DNA of 64,000 bases. Source: Epiperipatus broadwayi (taxonomy: Eukaryota > Animalia > Onychophora). The stretch lies in assembly GCA_028023455.1 (NCBI GenBank), contig JAQFVV010000004.1, positions 24,738,001 to 24,802,000 of the forward strand, given 5' to 3'. The translations under genes and the position numbers were made by a program. The first letter of the stretch is position 1. Every line of letters starts with the position of its first letter. The notes beneath the pieces are model-generated. The model saw nothing but the letters and a program-made list of their open reading frames with translations. It was not told where the DNA came from and searched no databases. This document shows positions 12,801 to 27,775 of the stretch, piece after piece.

Positions 12801-15800
12801 CCTCCACACTCTCTCTCAAAGAGATATACATCCAAAGCTTTTGTGATGGATTCTAGTCGGAAGGAACTTTGCATGTCCTGCTGGAGGAAATCTAATGGAC
12901 TTTACCTTAGGCCTGGAGGTAAAAGATTTTTATATTCTAACCAGGGTTAAATCTCTAGTTAAATCCCTTGTAAAGTCTCAGCTTAATGTTAAAAGAAACC
13001 TCTTTATTATAAATTTTGAATATTCCTTTAATATTTTTTTAATTATTTTATATATTTTTCTTATTATAGTGTGTATTGGCATCTTAGTTTTAAGATTCCA
13101 TATTTTTAAATTTATTTGTCTGAGAGTGTATTGTGAGTTTAGACTTTATAGTTATTGTCTCTCTTTTTATATTACTAACCCTTGACAAATGCTTTGGCAG
13201 ACATTTGTAATTTGCTTTTAACTTACCTATTGTTCCTTTTGTTATAATTAGTTTAGTTAGGCTTGGTTTGCATTTCCTGCAGACCACAAATCTTTTGGCT
13301 GATGGTTTATAGAGTGTATTGTTCTGTTTTTCCTAAACCAGAGATTTTATTTCTTCTATTCAAGATTACATAAATTGTAATCTTTTCTTGTTATACTTTC
13401 TCGTCTTGTATTGGAAATAACCTTGATAACCTTAAAAGTAGTTTATCATGAGCTGTTTTGCAGATATATGACATTCTTGATTCTGATGCTTTATTTCAGG
13501 TCAAGGAAAGCTCATCTGTGCTGTTTCATTATGTTCCCTACAAGACTGCTTTTGTTCTGCAATCTCTAAATAGGAAAACTGGAATTGGTTTTTCTAAACC
13601 GCTATCTAGCAGGAAGATGTTATAAACCCCTCTTTTTAAATTATAGGTGAGAAAATGAACTTATCTGCCAGGATAAAACTCATGTACACTCTCTGATAAA
13701 TACACCAGTAAAATCTAGGTCAAACTTTCATATTTTGTTTGCCTGAGATTTATTTCTTTTCATGAATTTAATAAACTTTAAAATTATTTAGAATTATTTT
13801 GGCTGAGTTCTGTATCCACACATATATTAGGCAATATAAAAAGTAATATGAGATCACTAAATATTCGGTCATACACATATGCTCATTTTTGCATTCATTC
13901 CACAGTTTAATAGTGTTTTAAAATTGTGTATTAACATATACTTAAACACATGAAAAAACAAAGTAAAACAATCATTTTATGTGCTTTGTTTTGGCTTAAT
14001 TTATACGCATTTGATTGGTTTGAACATAAATACGATATAATGTAAGATGCACATACTCATCTTATAGTTTATGTACATTTTAAAATAACTGTAGGAGAAT
14101 GACTAACTTAAAGAACCCTGCACTTAATGGATAAATGACTTAACATACATGCACTACCATTTTAATCATGTTATGGATATATAACATAAACATATAAGTA
14201 GGATTTGAGAAAATAATATCAAAAGTTTAAAACAAATTTTACCTCCAGTGTCTTGAGACTTCATCCAGACTTGGGGTCTCTGAATGTGCTATACACATTG
14301 TTTACTAGGGTGGCAAGGACTTCTTTCTTTCACTCTGTTGGTTTAGCAATCTTCATCATCGATATTTACAGGATCTAGGTAGCTACATTTCAATGGCTTG
14401 GATGGGGCTGGACAGGTGCACTGAAGCAGACTTCTACCCCATCATCATCTTGCTGGTTAATGTAGAAATGGTTTTCATCTTGAGTTTGTTAATGCTGTGG
14501 CAATTAGATGAACAAACACTGCTATTTATTTTATTAGAAATGAATTAAGTAGAAACTTGGCTCTATGCTCTTTTTTAACAGTTCATGTCTTCTTCTAAAT
14601 TGTGGCCTGAATATGAGGTGAGTGCAGCATATAAGTGGAAGTGACAGGGGCTCTTTAGCACTGCAAGATTTCAGCAATCTCACTCTTCTCCATACTGACT
14701 ATAGCTATCACCATTCAATTATTAGGTCAGTACTCCATAGCAGTGGTAGTCTGTGTAAGTAACCTCTGCATTAATCTGGAGTCATAAAATATTTGCAGTG
14801 ACTAAAATATGAGGATAGTCAGCCTGCAATGGTCATACAATATCTTTTGGAAAGCTTAGATTGCTCTGAGAATCTTTCTGGTTCTATCTCTGAAGAATCA
14901 AAGAATATATCTGAGAAAATCTGGCATAATATCTCTGCAAGAACTCTAATATAACTATCCCTCTAACTAATGTCTGGCACCTGGTGAACAATATATATAG
15001 CACCTCCATTACATAGTTAATTTGATAACCCCTCCTTCAAATAATTGCCCCCAGCTTTTATCTTGGTGGTTAATTGATTTAAAAATAATTCACATACTCT
15101 CTTTTAAAAAATGTTATCTTTAATTAATTCTATATATATATTTTAATTTAATTTTTTTATCTGGGTGACTCAGACCACTATACTGATAAACATCAGTTTC
15201 AAATTTAAATACAAAGAAAAAAATTATTTTACTACGAATTAAAATTAAACATAGCTATATAACAAATAAACAAGATCTTTCTATATCTACATTGGCATCC
15301 GAATTCTTCGGACTATTTTGTTTGTAAAAATAAGAGTACAAAGCAGGATGGCCAAAAATACATTATTGCATTTTTATATTTGGTAAAACAATGGCCACCT
15401 GACTTTTTTTAATGCATTTATTTACTAAGCAATAAACCTAAAGCATGTGCATTTGAAAATGCGAAGGTAGGGACCTCTACATGCTTTAGATTTATTGCCT
15501 TAATAAATATTACTTACGTAATTGATGTGTGTTAAATAAATTTAATGCATTTATAGAAAATCTTATGATTTAAAAATAAAATACAGACGCGTTGGAACAT
15601 TTACAATTACTTTTTAATTATTTTATATATTTTCATTTCCTTTATAACATGTTCCAACAGTAAACAACTTTTTACAGAAAAAATTAAAAAAAGGTTATAA
15701 AATTATAAATGTAAGGACATTTACACTTATTAAAACAACAAAATAAAATAAACAAAAATATTGTATGGATTTATAATATATTATATGTCAATTCATAATT

Positions 15801-18449
15801 TGGGAGTTAATATTGTTGAGTGTGTGTGGGTAAGAAATATATACTCAGACAACTTCATCCATTTTATACTGTTTATATCATAGCTACGTAAATTAATAAT
15901 TGTAAATATCTATAACTGAGTTGTAGCTTTAACTACAGCCATCTTGTGTGTGGTCACTCATAGAGTGCCCGACACTTCATCATAAAAACAAATTGGGAAT
16001 AAAATTTATTTTTGCATAATTTTAAATTTTATAAAATCAAAAAAATATTTACTTTTTAAACTATAAAAGAAAAGCTTCATTTGAGTTATTATAGGGTTTG
16101 AACTTGGGTTTAGTTAATTTAAAATCATATAAAGAATATAAATGCAAGGTAAAATAATTAGTTACAAATGTACACAAAAGATAAAATAATAAGTGATAAA
16201 TTCATTATATTTGTTAATAAGTAAAAGCTTGATAGCATTTAAAATTATAGTGAAGTTCAAATCTAATCTTTTAAACAAAAATGCATTATGTTGATAGGTA
16301 ATTACTGGCTGTGCACTTCTATTATAAAAGCAATTATTATTTCAAGTTAAATCTTAAGTTATGTTTACAAATAAATGATTAATATTTATTTTACGAATTT
16401 GGTGATTAAAAAATCATAAAAGTAATATTGAATCTAGTTTTAAAAATAAAACCAAAATGATCTAAATCAATTTAAAGTAAATTTTATTTTATTCAGTTTC
16501 TAAAAGATACTATTTTTATTGAGAAATATTTTAAAACCAAAAATATTTGTTATAAAAATAGATCAAATACTAGCAACTAAGTAAATATTTTAAAAACAGA
16601 GAAGGAGATAAATTAACTAATAAACAGATGCAGATGATCTAATTAAGTAAAAATTGAGGGAAAATTAAATTGAAGAAAAAAAAAAGATTTCAGATTGAGA
16701 AACGAGTAACTGGTTTTGATTTTGTTTATCCTAAAAAGTTTGCTTAAAATTATTTAAATATTATTAATATTTAAAAAAAAAAAAGAAAGGTAATGGATTT
16801 TACATACACAATAATTTAAAAGATATAGGTTATAAAGTTTTGTTAAAATGAATGAGTAAATTAAATTGATCTCTAAAGGCAAATCAGTAATTAATGGTTC
16901 TTGGAAAATTTCTTGAAATCATTATATAGAAAAAAATAATATAAAAATGAAGGAGAAAAGTTGTACATACCAAAGTGTTATCAAGGAATATACCCACTGA
17001 AGGAAAACCTTGGAAGTACTGTGTTAATATCAGATCTAATTGATAGACTAGATGAAGTATTCATGTGTCATATTAGTCAAAATAATTGGACATGATTAAT
17101 TCACCAGCCAGGGACAAATAAAAGGTAATGTATTCCTGACAGAGCTAAGCATGCATTTTTAAAAATATGTAAAACCATATTAGTAATAGATAATAACATA
17201 ACTAATTGTGAATATAAAAAAGCATATATCATATTCAAAGATAAATCATAAAGATATGTTTGAATAAAATTTTAATTGAAGAAATGATTGAAACTGAGAA
17301 ATATTAGTTTTAAGATCACTTTTATGTAGAGTTAAAAAATTATACTGAGGGATATATATGTTAAATGAAGATTATATTTATATGTGTACAGAATAATAAT
17401 GGTCTGCTAGCATGAATGAAAGCATTATCTATCATCTGGAATTGAGAAAAAAATATGTAAAACAAGTATAAGAAAGTAAAACCATCCCAGAAAATATTTA
17501 ATAAAGAATAAAAATGCATTGAGAATAAATTGTTGAACAAAAGATGGAATAAACATTAGTGCATTGGGAAATATAAAACATTATGTGGAAGATAATATTA
17601 TTCTACTTTTAAAAAGAAAATGGGAAATGCTTTTTCTTAATAATAATAGTAACCAAAAATAAGCAAGGAATCAGTCGAATGCTGAATTATTACTAGTGCA
17701 AGGAGCATTTAAATCAAATGTATAAGGCAAGTTGCAGATAATCTTTAATTACTAAAGAAAAAAAACTGCTATCTTGTCAATAACCAAATGCCATGTAAAT
17801 GTTTATAATTGTAATAAGTTTCAGATGAGAATGAATGGAGCAAAAGTGATAATAATATTGATGTGCAACCAGTCTGAATTATGTGGGATGATTGGAATGC
17901 CAGTAAAAGTTAAAGTTTTTTTTTTTTTTTAGGAACTTGTATTTTTTTTTTTTTAAAAAAGCTTGCAACATAATATTTGTATATATATATTAATTCTATA
18001 CTTTAAACATAGCTGTTATTACAATAGGGGGTGGGCAGAGGAGAATAGATCAATAGATAATGAAATTAATAATTGATTTAATTTGGTTATCTATGTCATT
18101 AATTATTTTAAAAGTTATGTTTTTATCAAATATTGTTAGATAATTAAAATAAATAGATATGATTAATGAGTTAATGAAATATATCATAAAAGTAGTTAAC
18201 AATATGTATGCTATGAAGAGAAGACAGGTTTGTGTTTAAATATACAATATTGAAAAGGAGAAATGATATTTTAAATTTGATCATATGTTTTATGATGAAC
18301 AATTTAATATAGTTATATGGAACTATAAGTAATTTTAGTTTGTAATTTGTATAAGCAAATAGTTATAAGAAAGATATTAAACAAATATAAGTTAGAAATA
18401 TGAAGGTAATAATTAAGTTATTAGATAAAACAAAGATAAGTATTTTATT

Positions 18450-18900
18450 TAGGATACATCAAAGGGTGGTCTATTAACATTTACCTGAATTTCATAAATT
18501 GTAGATGAAAATTATTGCAGGAAGATATAGGGGTTCAGATTTAATAGTACACAGCATAAAATTCTTATTGGTTGTATTTTAGTATATAGGTTGAGAATAA
18601 AACCATAGGAAGATGGAGTTTGAGATTGAAAAACTAATTGATGATTTTATAATTATTATAGTAATATCTTCTTAGAAAAAAAATAAAAATAAATAAAGAT
18701 CAAAGGATGAATATCATGGAATCTAAAAATAAACAAAAAGTGACATTTCACCATATTATAATAAGATTATTGTATTGAAGCAAGTATATAATAATTAATA
18801 TTTTTCATTTTGTCTTTATAATTTAGAGCCTAACATATAATGGGTTAATAATTGTAAAATAGGGTGAAAAATGATTATCTAATGGAGACACCTGATTTGT
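18450..18900 (+). mobile_element. Possible highly decayed LINE reverse-transcriptase fragment
   Basis: Frame-broken translation around 18460-18580 loosely follows the (R)QGxxLSPxLFN...IDE motif region. Weak. Confidence 0.25.
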
Positions 18901-21900
18901 GATAATAGAAAAAAAAATCTAAAAATAAATATCATAACAGCACCATATTATATGAAAAGGTATTATTTTTTTGTTTTATTGTAAAAATCCAAAAGGTTAA
19001 AAAAAAAAAAAAGGAATGGAAATTTTTCAATTGTTTATGGTGTTACTATATTATGTGAGTATATAACTTTATTACTATTGTTATCTTTAAATACCTGTTA
19101 GTTAAAATGTTTACTATAATATCTTGTAACTAATATGATTAAAGTTGTTTTGAAAGTTAACTTGAGTGTTAAAAGTTGCATTTTTTTTTGTGAGAGTCAT
19201 TGTCACTACATCACATGAACCTAGGGTGTACAGTTTGAGATTGCAATAAGAAATTAATCCAGTATAGAACATATAACGATCATTTAAGAACACACTTCTT
19301 AAAAGAGATTTTAATTTAATGTAAACTGCCTTGATCACATAAGTCATTGATAATATTGCAAATTATTAAAGTATGCTTATTTATAAGGAATTAAATTATG
19401 AATTATTTATTATTGAAAGTATGAAATATAATTACAATTTAGATAACAATATTGATTTAAGAGTAAGTATTAGGGAACATAAATATAAAATAGTAGTACA
19501 ATTTTAATTATAGATTCAGATTATAAGCCTTTTCTTAATTGATGCAAAAAATTAATTGAAGTAAAATCCCTCTTGATATTTTATAGGTGAATCAAATAAT
19601 TAATTGAAAATCAATGATAATCCTGAGATCTCCTTAGAATAATATTGTTATTATGGATATTCTTAATGATCATGTTTAAAAAGGTAATACCAATAAAAGA
19701 TTACCATACAATAAAATAACAATACAACTGATTGAGTAGGTTAATTTAAATATTACCATTATAGATGTTATATTCTATTTCTTTAAGCATTACCATTAGT
19801 CATGAGAGTATTGAGATATTGAATAAGGAGGAATGTCCAAGTATTCTTATGCCATTGGATAAATACTTTAGTATTTATTTAATGTTAAAAGGTATGTAAC
19901 CTTGATTATAGGACAGATGAGTCTCACACTTGTTATGATTGATTTAAAAAACCAAATAAAAATGAAAATAATAATTTTTGGCTAAACTTTGTAATCAAAA
20001 CCAAGTACTTCCTGTTTTACATATGAAAAAATAATTGTAATTTAAAAGGTAAAAAGTTCATAAAATATTTTGAAAGTTATTCTTAGAAACACGGGGCTAA
20101 AAATTATGGATATAATAATGATTTTCTTTTAAGTAACGAGAAATGATTTCAGAACAAATATAAAAAAAAGAAACATTCCATCTCAAGTGTTATCAGTAAG
20201 ACTATCTATGCAAATGCTGAAAATATTAATTCGATAATGCAGATAGTTCTTGTCATATTTAACAATATTATTAAATCTAAAAATATTTTAACATTTTTGA
20301 AGATAATCTATTTTGTAGGAAGATCTCAAGTTATATTAAGACTTCTAAAGTTCTCTATCATTCATAACTGACTTTAGGTTCAATAAGTATCTATTATATA
20401 AAGTCTTCTTATATTGATTATATTAAAACCATTGATGAAGCTAATTCTGTTGACTTTATATCTTTTTACTACCATTTTTTGGGCCAGATAATAAATGATC
20501 TGGAGATTATGTGATGGCAAACATAAAATATTGTTTCTTAATAAACAAAATAACTGTTGTGCTGAAAAACATTTATTATGTGGCACAAAACTTAAACTCA
20601 ATGACGAGTGAAAAAAACAACCATATTATAATGGGTTTTGCCAAGAAACATTCACTAATATATTAAGGTTTACAGTTACAGTCTTTCAACTTAAAAAAAA
20701 ACATATTTTACAAAAGTATTGAGAGCAATTTTGACTTTATTCAAACTGGACTTGGAAAATGTAATATACAATGTACTTTATATTGTAAATTTTGATAGAT
20801 CTTTCCATAGTGCTCATATTCAAGGTGGAGTCAGATGAGGCAACTTTTGACTATCGAACTGATGAATGTGAACTCTAAAACTATTTTGATAAATTGTGAG
20901 ATAAAATTATCTCTTGCCAAAGATAATTCTACACCATAAGTTAGGAGATTTCCAAGTTAAAAATTATATCTGATTACAGACACTTTACAGAGGTATTCAT
21001 GACTATTTCCAATGATATGTATATATTATGCAGGCATAAACAGTTGATGATGTGTGAGATTACTTTACTGACTCTGATAATGAATTACAGATCATTACTT
21101 TACTTGATGCATGAAGTGATACTTAATACTCATATTAAAAAACTTGAAATTCTTTGGTTAATTGTAAAAAATTTCAATTAAGCAATATGCCCACTTTAAA
21201 CAAGCTAATAATTTCTTATTAAAATAAAAAATAAATGACCAATCTCAATATTAAAATATCTTTGGCCATTCTTTATTGCATATTTGCATAAAAAAAATTT
21301 GTCTGAAACTTGACAAGAGAGAGTTTATTCAATCCTAAAAGCCACATTTTTGTTGTAAATTTGTTTTTTCTTGACTGATACACATAATAAAATTATTAAA
21401 CATGCTGATGATAATAATAATAAAAAATTTCAATCATTGGTAACTTTTTATTTAAGCAAGTCAATTGCACTTGTGAGCTTATTAATTATATATAATAATC
21501 AATCTAAATAAAATTGAAACAAACAACTAATTATATTTACAATTATTTAATTATCAACCTTGATTTCATCTCTTATAAGCCAGGTTGATAATTAAATAAT
21601 AATAAATATAATTGTTTGTTTCACTTTTATTTAGTTTGATTATTATATTAAGTATATATCAATAACAACATTGTGGACAAATAATTATTTTTATATTGGA
21701 TCTTTAACCATTGTATATATTTCTTATTAATTATACCAAACTCAGAATGCATCACCCAAAATTTTTCATTGGAATCTCACTAATTTTCTAAATCACATTC
21801 AAAAATCTTTATTATTTCCAACATCTGGCTCCTAAATCTTTTTGTTTTGTCTCTGGTTTTGTAATGATGGTGTTTTATAATCAATGTACACTTTCAAAAG

Positions 21901-24900
21901 TATGGTTGATGAATTTTCTGTATTACTCAAAAAAATCTTTCGTTTAGCAATTCTTAATTAAAAAGTGGTTACCATCAATATAGTTCTCCCTTCTATAAAA
22001 GATCTTTCTATCTTATCTATAGTTATAATTACACCAACTTTTTACATTAAGAATTCTTGGAATCTTTACTTACTTTTATCATCTTATGTTGACTGACATA
22101 AAATAGTTTGTTAATTTAATAATGCATGACTTTTAAGACTGTTCAGAATTTTCAGTTTGATATTAATATTCTGAGGATATTTAATGCTGTTACTGCTACT
22201 ATTGTCTGAATTGCATTTATAAATATTATAAGGAGGAATTGCCGATTTACTATAAATGTAAGATTTCATTCTTTATTCTATTTTAATTAGCACAGATATT
22301 AATTTTATCTTTGACTTTCTTCTGCTGTAAAAAAATAATTAAATGGTGAGTTTCTCAGGAGGTCATGTGATGTTTTAGCATCAGAATTGACACATTGAAC
22401 TTCAATCAAAAAATTATTAGTTCTCAATATTATCATTCTACTGCTGCACTAAATTATAGGACATTTATTACTATTATTTTAACAACTATAAAGATTATTT
22501 ATTTGTTTAGGATGAAGAAATCATTACTCCTATTACTGATTTTTGTACTTTCTTTGACAAATTTGAGAACTACTTTGATTTCATTTAAATTAAAATAAAC
22601 TCAGTCTTTTTATCTCTTATAAAAATATAAAGGCAGCATCCATACTATTGTTTTATATAAATACTTTAAACAGGCTTTAACCTGTATTCGATGCACTTTA
22701 AAATTCATAGTGATCAAGCATATAATTTTCTTATAATATATATTTTGTTTCAAGTAAAAAATAAAACTGCTATGACAAATTTTCTTAGTTAATCTAAAAT
22801 TTTTATCATACTGATTTCAATTTCATATTCGTGACAACCTGCGAGTAGTTATATTTCACAAAGATTTCCATTTTTCAGGAATGTCTTTAAATGTTCTAAT
22901 ATGGGCATTAAGAAATGATAGTCACCCATTTTGTCAATGATGTTGCATTTTATTCACTTAACTAAATTTATTGTGTTAAGGAACTGCTGGATCATTATCC
23001 ATTAATTTTAACATTTTCCTATTTTACATAAGATGTTTGATATCAAAAGTATCTTGACAGGTTATAGATAAACTACTTTTTTTATTTCTCTGGTATTTCT
23101 GGGTCAATTTTATTCTGCTCATAATAATATTAGGCCATCATATTAATCTTTGATTCTGTTTTCACAAATATTACTTTAATATCAACGTTGTTAGCCAAGA
23201 GGTCATCGCAGCAGCCTTGCAAGCAAGTAGTTGGTTGCAGACGGTTGTGATTTCGCCTCCCAGCCAATGCTATGACATATAGAAAAATATATATATTACT
23301 TTAATATATACCAATAACAGTTAAATCTTATTGCATCACTCATCAATGTTTTTAATCAAGTGTCATCTTGTGGCTTAAACTATTTAAACATTGAGATGAA
23401 ACTTTAATACCAGATCTCATCAACAATTGCTAGTATATCATAGGCTAACATATTCTCAAATCAAGATTTCCTTTTTGAATATTCGATAAAAATATCTATA
23501 TTTGAAATTTTTTGATATAAAAATGAAATTTTTATGGGATTCTACTAAATTTATATTTCCAGATTCAACAATAAAGCCAGATTGATCAACATATTCAGAA
23601 CAAATCCATGGTGATTGTACCATCTATTTCATAAATGAAATTTAATAATCACTGATCTATGTAGATGTGGACAAATGCAAACCATGTGCATAAAATTAAA
23701 ATAGTGGAAAATTTCACTTTCTAAATTAGAAGAATGTCAATCAGATAGACTTAAATATCAACAAAGCTAAGAGATAGATTGTTATCAATCTACCTTTTCA
23801 TAGACAACTGATATTTATGTAGCTAATGGGAAATCTAGTTATTTCCATTCTAATTACATATAATTTGGTTATGGATATTTATTATTACATATTTTATTAA
23901 GATATGTATATACATTTATGTACTACAAAATCATATTGAAATTACAGTTTGAATATAAATGACTAAAGTAGCACACCATTTATTTTCTCTTATTAAAGTA
24001 ATTTTGTTCATGTTATACTGCTATAATCATACAGTACTATACCCACTATATGATTTCATGTGCATAAATTTATAAATATTAAAATATATATAAATTGATA
24101 ATTATTTATTCATACAGCACAGTACGTATCTGTAAATATTCAGAAGGAAACTTTCACACATGTGCTGTTTAATTTTAGTAAGAAGTTTTAAAAGACAAGT
24201 GAATCACTTGTCTTTAGAGCTTATCTATATATAAGCCAACTCTTACCATGCATAATTCAGGGTTTAATTGTATTTTATGTCTGATATTTTAATTGACAAA
24301 TGAATTGTATAAACATAATTCATATATTACAGGATAAAGTTTATCATTTTTAATTATCTGCTATTTTAAGTATATATTTAGTTTGACAGTTGAAATATCA
24401 GGCATAGAATCAAGCCCTGAATTAAGCATGGTAAGCTATAAAAACAAGTGATTCATTTGTTCTTTTAAAACTTCTTCCTTATGGGTGAGTGCATACAAAT
24501 GCATACATTCAAAATTAAACAGTGCATGTGCGCATAGGCAGAGAGTGAGTGAAGTTTGTGTACAACAATTGTCATTGGTGGTGAAGCCTGCATAATACTA
24601 CACTAATTATTCACTCATCAATCCAAATTATCTGTTAACTAAAATTAACTTATCTTACTTTTATTTTTTGTATCGAAGTCATATTTATCACAATAAGTTA
24701 TTAATTAGTGTTATAAAAATATGTAAGTTAACCCTCTTATTTCTGTGATGTTTATAATTTAATTGTTATTTTATAGATTAAAATAGTAATGTCTGACTTT
24801 TATCGAGCAATAATTTTTTAAATTTTATTTAACATACTCATTTTAATTCCGTCATTAATAAAATATGTCTTTGAAATGTTCAGATCTTTAGAGTTGAAAA

Positions 24901-26077
24901 GTCATTTTCTATATAATCTATATTCATTACAAGTACTATATCATTTTAAAAGAAAAAGTACTTATAAAAAGCAGAATAATGAAAACTGTCAAATTTTTGA
25001 CAAGGAATCCAGCGGCAATCATAATGGCTTTAGTAATGGAATAATTCTGCTTATAAAATAGCTCGTGGTAAAACAGTTCATCACTTCAGAAGTGTAGTGT
25101 GAAGGTATCTGGGGAGAAAATATAATCACCAGTCTATGTAAAGCATTTGTAGGAGTATTACTACCACCAAGGTCACACTCGGTTCTGCTTTAATGACTTG
25201 TCATCAATTGCTAAAATGCCTTTACTCTTTAAATTGATTTCTTCCCCCTTTTTCCCCCTCTCCTTTTTCATTTTTTTTTTTTTCAGAAAATATTTTTCTA
25301 GATTTGCATTCACTTTAATTTTCACTAGTTGGTTCTCATTTATTTTTAAACCAATATAAGAGAAAAAACTAAGGTAATATTAATGTATATATCGCAATAT
25401 AATTTTTTAAACGTACAAATATAATAAAAAAAAATAAGAACAAAAAAAAAAGCATCCTGATACAGAAAACAATTACGTATACACAACACAACATTAACAT
25501 ATATTTTGAATATTTTAAATATAAGAATATGTTAAAAATAATATTGACTTGAATGGTACTTAATACTTTTTTCAATGTTTGATACAAAGAATAGTAGTTT
25601 ATTACAGGTGTTGTAAACTCTCAAAGGCTAGGTTATAAAATCTGCAATAGTTTATGCTAACAACTATAGTTTTAAAAATAGACGCAATAAATACTATATA
25701 TATATTTTGAGATTGTATATAAAATGGATTTTGAATTCATGTGTTGTTTAGTAGTTTCATTAAAGTTAGTGTGTTTGAATGGAATAGCGTAAAAAAAAAC
25801 TTCCAGGTTCTTGAAGTGGAAAGAATTTGCCTTTTGCAGCTGATAAATTTAAATGTAAATACGCCATTAAAAAAAAAAAAAAACAAGATCCAAATAATAA
25901 ATAGGTCACTAGCTTTTAAATTAGTTGATAATAAAAATAAAAAAAAAACGTAAAAGAAGGGAAAATTGCGAAAATCATGTAAGAAAAAACAAACTGAAGC
26001 AAATGTTTGCATTCTTATTTTGTCTCCATTAATATTATTTTAATATAATTAGAATAAAATTTTCCTGCTATTTTATT

Positions 26078-26126
<49 letters not shown>
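26078..26126. repeat. (ATCA)n microsatellite, about 12 units
   Basis: Perfect tetranucleotide run seen directly. Confidence 0.97.
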
Positions 26127-26127
<1 letters not shown>

Positions 26128-27446
26128 TACTTTTGAAAGTTCGAACATTTCAGTGTTGTTTCCATATTTAAGATTTTATGTTTATCAAAAATGTGCTTAC
26201 CTTATATTATTATGGACCAACAAAGATTTCAAGTTTTTTTAAAGAGCAAAGATATTTCATTTAAATATTAATCAGTGAATTCGTATTTTTATTTTTATCA
26301 TACATATATATACAAGCATACATCATTAACGAAGTTATAATAAGAAAAAGTGATAATCAAATATCATTTACTCATACATTTATAATTGTTTCACCCTCCC
26401 CCTTCTCGGTTAAAGATGGCATTTAAAATAGATAAATATATCAAATACAATATATATAAAGTAATTTCAAGGCGTTCAATATTTTTCCAACAAAGAGTTA
26501 GTTTATATTTCAAACTTTAAATTAAACATAACTCATTGTATACATAAACAAAGGAAGTAAATCACTTTTCCCCAGGCTATGACTTAAAATCACTCTAAAT
26601 GTTGAACAATATTTCAAGCTATAATTGAGAAGATCTAGCGATCGACTTAATACATATTAACTCATATTATTTGATTTAAAAATCTATTTTAATGATGTAG
26701 CCGCTTTTTGGATGATTTACATTTATGTTAGATAATTAGCTATAGTTTTTTTCTATGCATGAATCAAAAAAGAGAGGTTCAATAAGAAATGTACTACTGC
26801 TTCTATACAGGTTTAACATTGTATGTTTGACTTTTATTGTATGTGTATATGTGATATAAAGCTGAATATTCACATATATTGTCATGCATCAAATACATAT
26901 AACAATATGAGACTGTGTTATGATCATCATCTTGTTTCATATTGAACCCTCAAATATAAATCTGTTAGTGGTGGGTGGATCTTATATTTGAACATACAAT
27001 TGGTTTGTCATTTGATGTGCTAGAATGAAAATGTAAAACTCAATACCAAACTTTCAAGAACAAAATTAAGATATGCTATATTTAGGATTATGCCTTTTGC
27101 ACATACATGTAAAAAATTATATGCTGAAACCATATTTTGTTTGTTATCAATATAATTTTAGTTCTTTTATGAGAAATCCACCATTGATTCTTAAATAGAC
27201 CAGCTTCACTATTTTTTGATATCTTCCCAACATCACTCCATAACTTGCATTCTCTAGTTGTCTAATATAATCTTTAAAGTATAATGCTCAGATTATGATG
27301 ATCAAATATTTTGAATAAATATAAACAATATATAATCCAGTAAAAAATGTATTTTAGAGAATAAAATTTATATTCAATATAGAAATTTAGCAAACATGTA
27401 ATCAATGGCATGCCAAATTAATGCATAACACATAACAAATTCAATA

Positions 27447-27775
27447 CAGACACAGAAGCCAAGCTCTCCATATAGTAATGCCACTCAGTGCAAGCCAGAA
27501 TAATCAATGGATGCAGAATTGCGCATACAATCACTATATAGCTTGTGGCTTTCATCAATGAGAAAGCTTGAATCTGAGAGCACTGCACCTAGATCTTAGG
27601 ATCTAATGCAACCCTCCAATAGCCACCTTTTACCTTACTAGCTAACTATAAAGCTTTGAGTCCAAAATGAAAACACAATAATGTTTTCAATTCACGTTGT
27701 ATGGAGAGTTTTGCCTCTGTGTAAATAGCTTGTGTAAGCATAAAGAATGGTAATCATGTGATGTTTAGTGGTTTA
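27447..27775. mobile_element. HHR repeat family B insertion: inverted segment (27447-27695, minus) plus direct 3' segment (27697-27775), 15-bp TSD
   Basis: Homologous to 59989-60610. Flanked by ATAACAAATTCAATA (27432-27446) and ATAACAAATACAATA (27776-27790). The HHR is truncated: TTGATGA plus stem II remain, while GAAA and stem III are deleted. Confidence 0.8.

Noticed and set aside
12400-13340. GC-richer block with TATAAATA and several short ORFs, possible LTR
   Set aside because: No TG...CA termini, partner repeat or protein motif identified.
14240-15070. GC-richer block suggestive of a decayed TE
   Set aside because: No recognisable motif in any frame by eye.
20860-20890. CTGATGA occurrence (also at about 28760 and 56116)
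   Set aside because: No stem II followed by GAAA and no complementary stem I, so not hammerheads.
26850-27260. Tc1-like words on the minus strand (GVMLG..., KQDDD)
   Set aside because: Spacing between the motifs is about twice that in Tc1 transposases.
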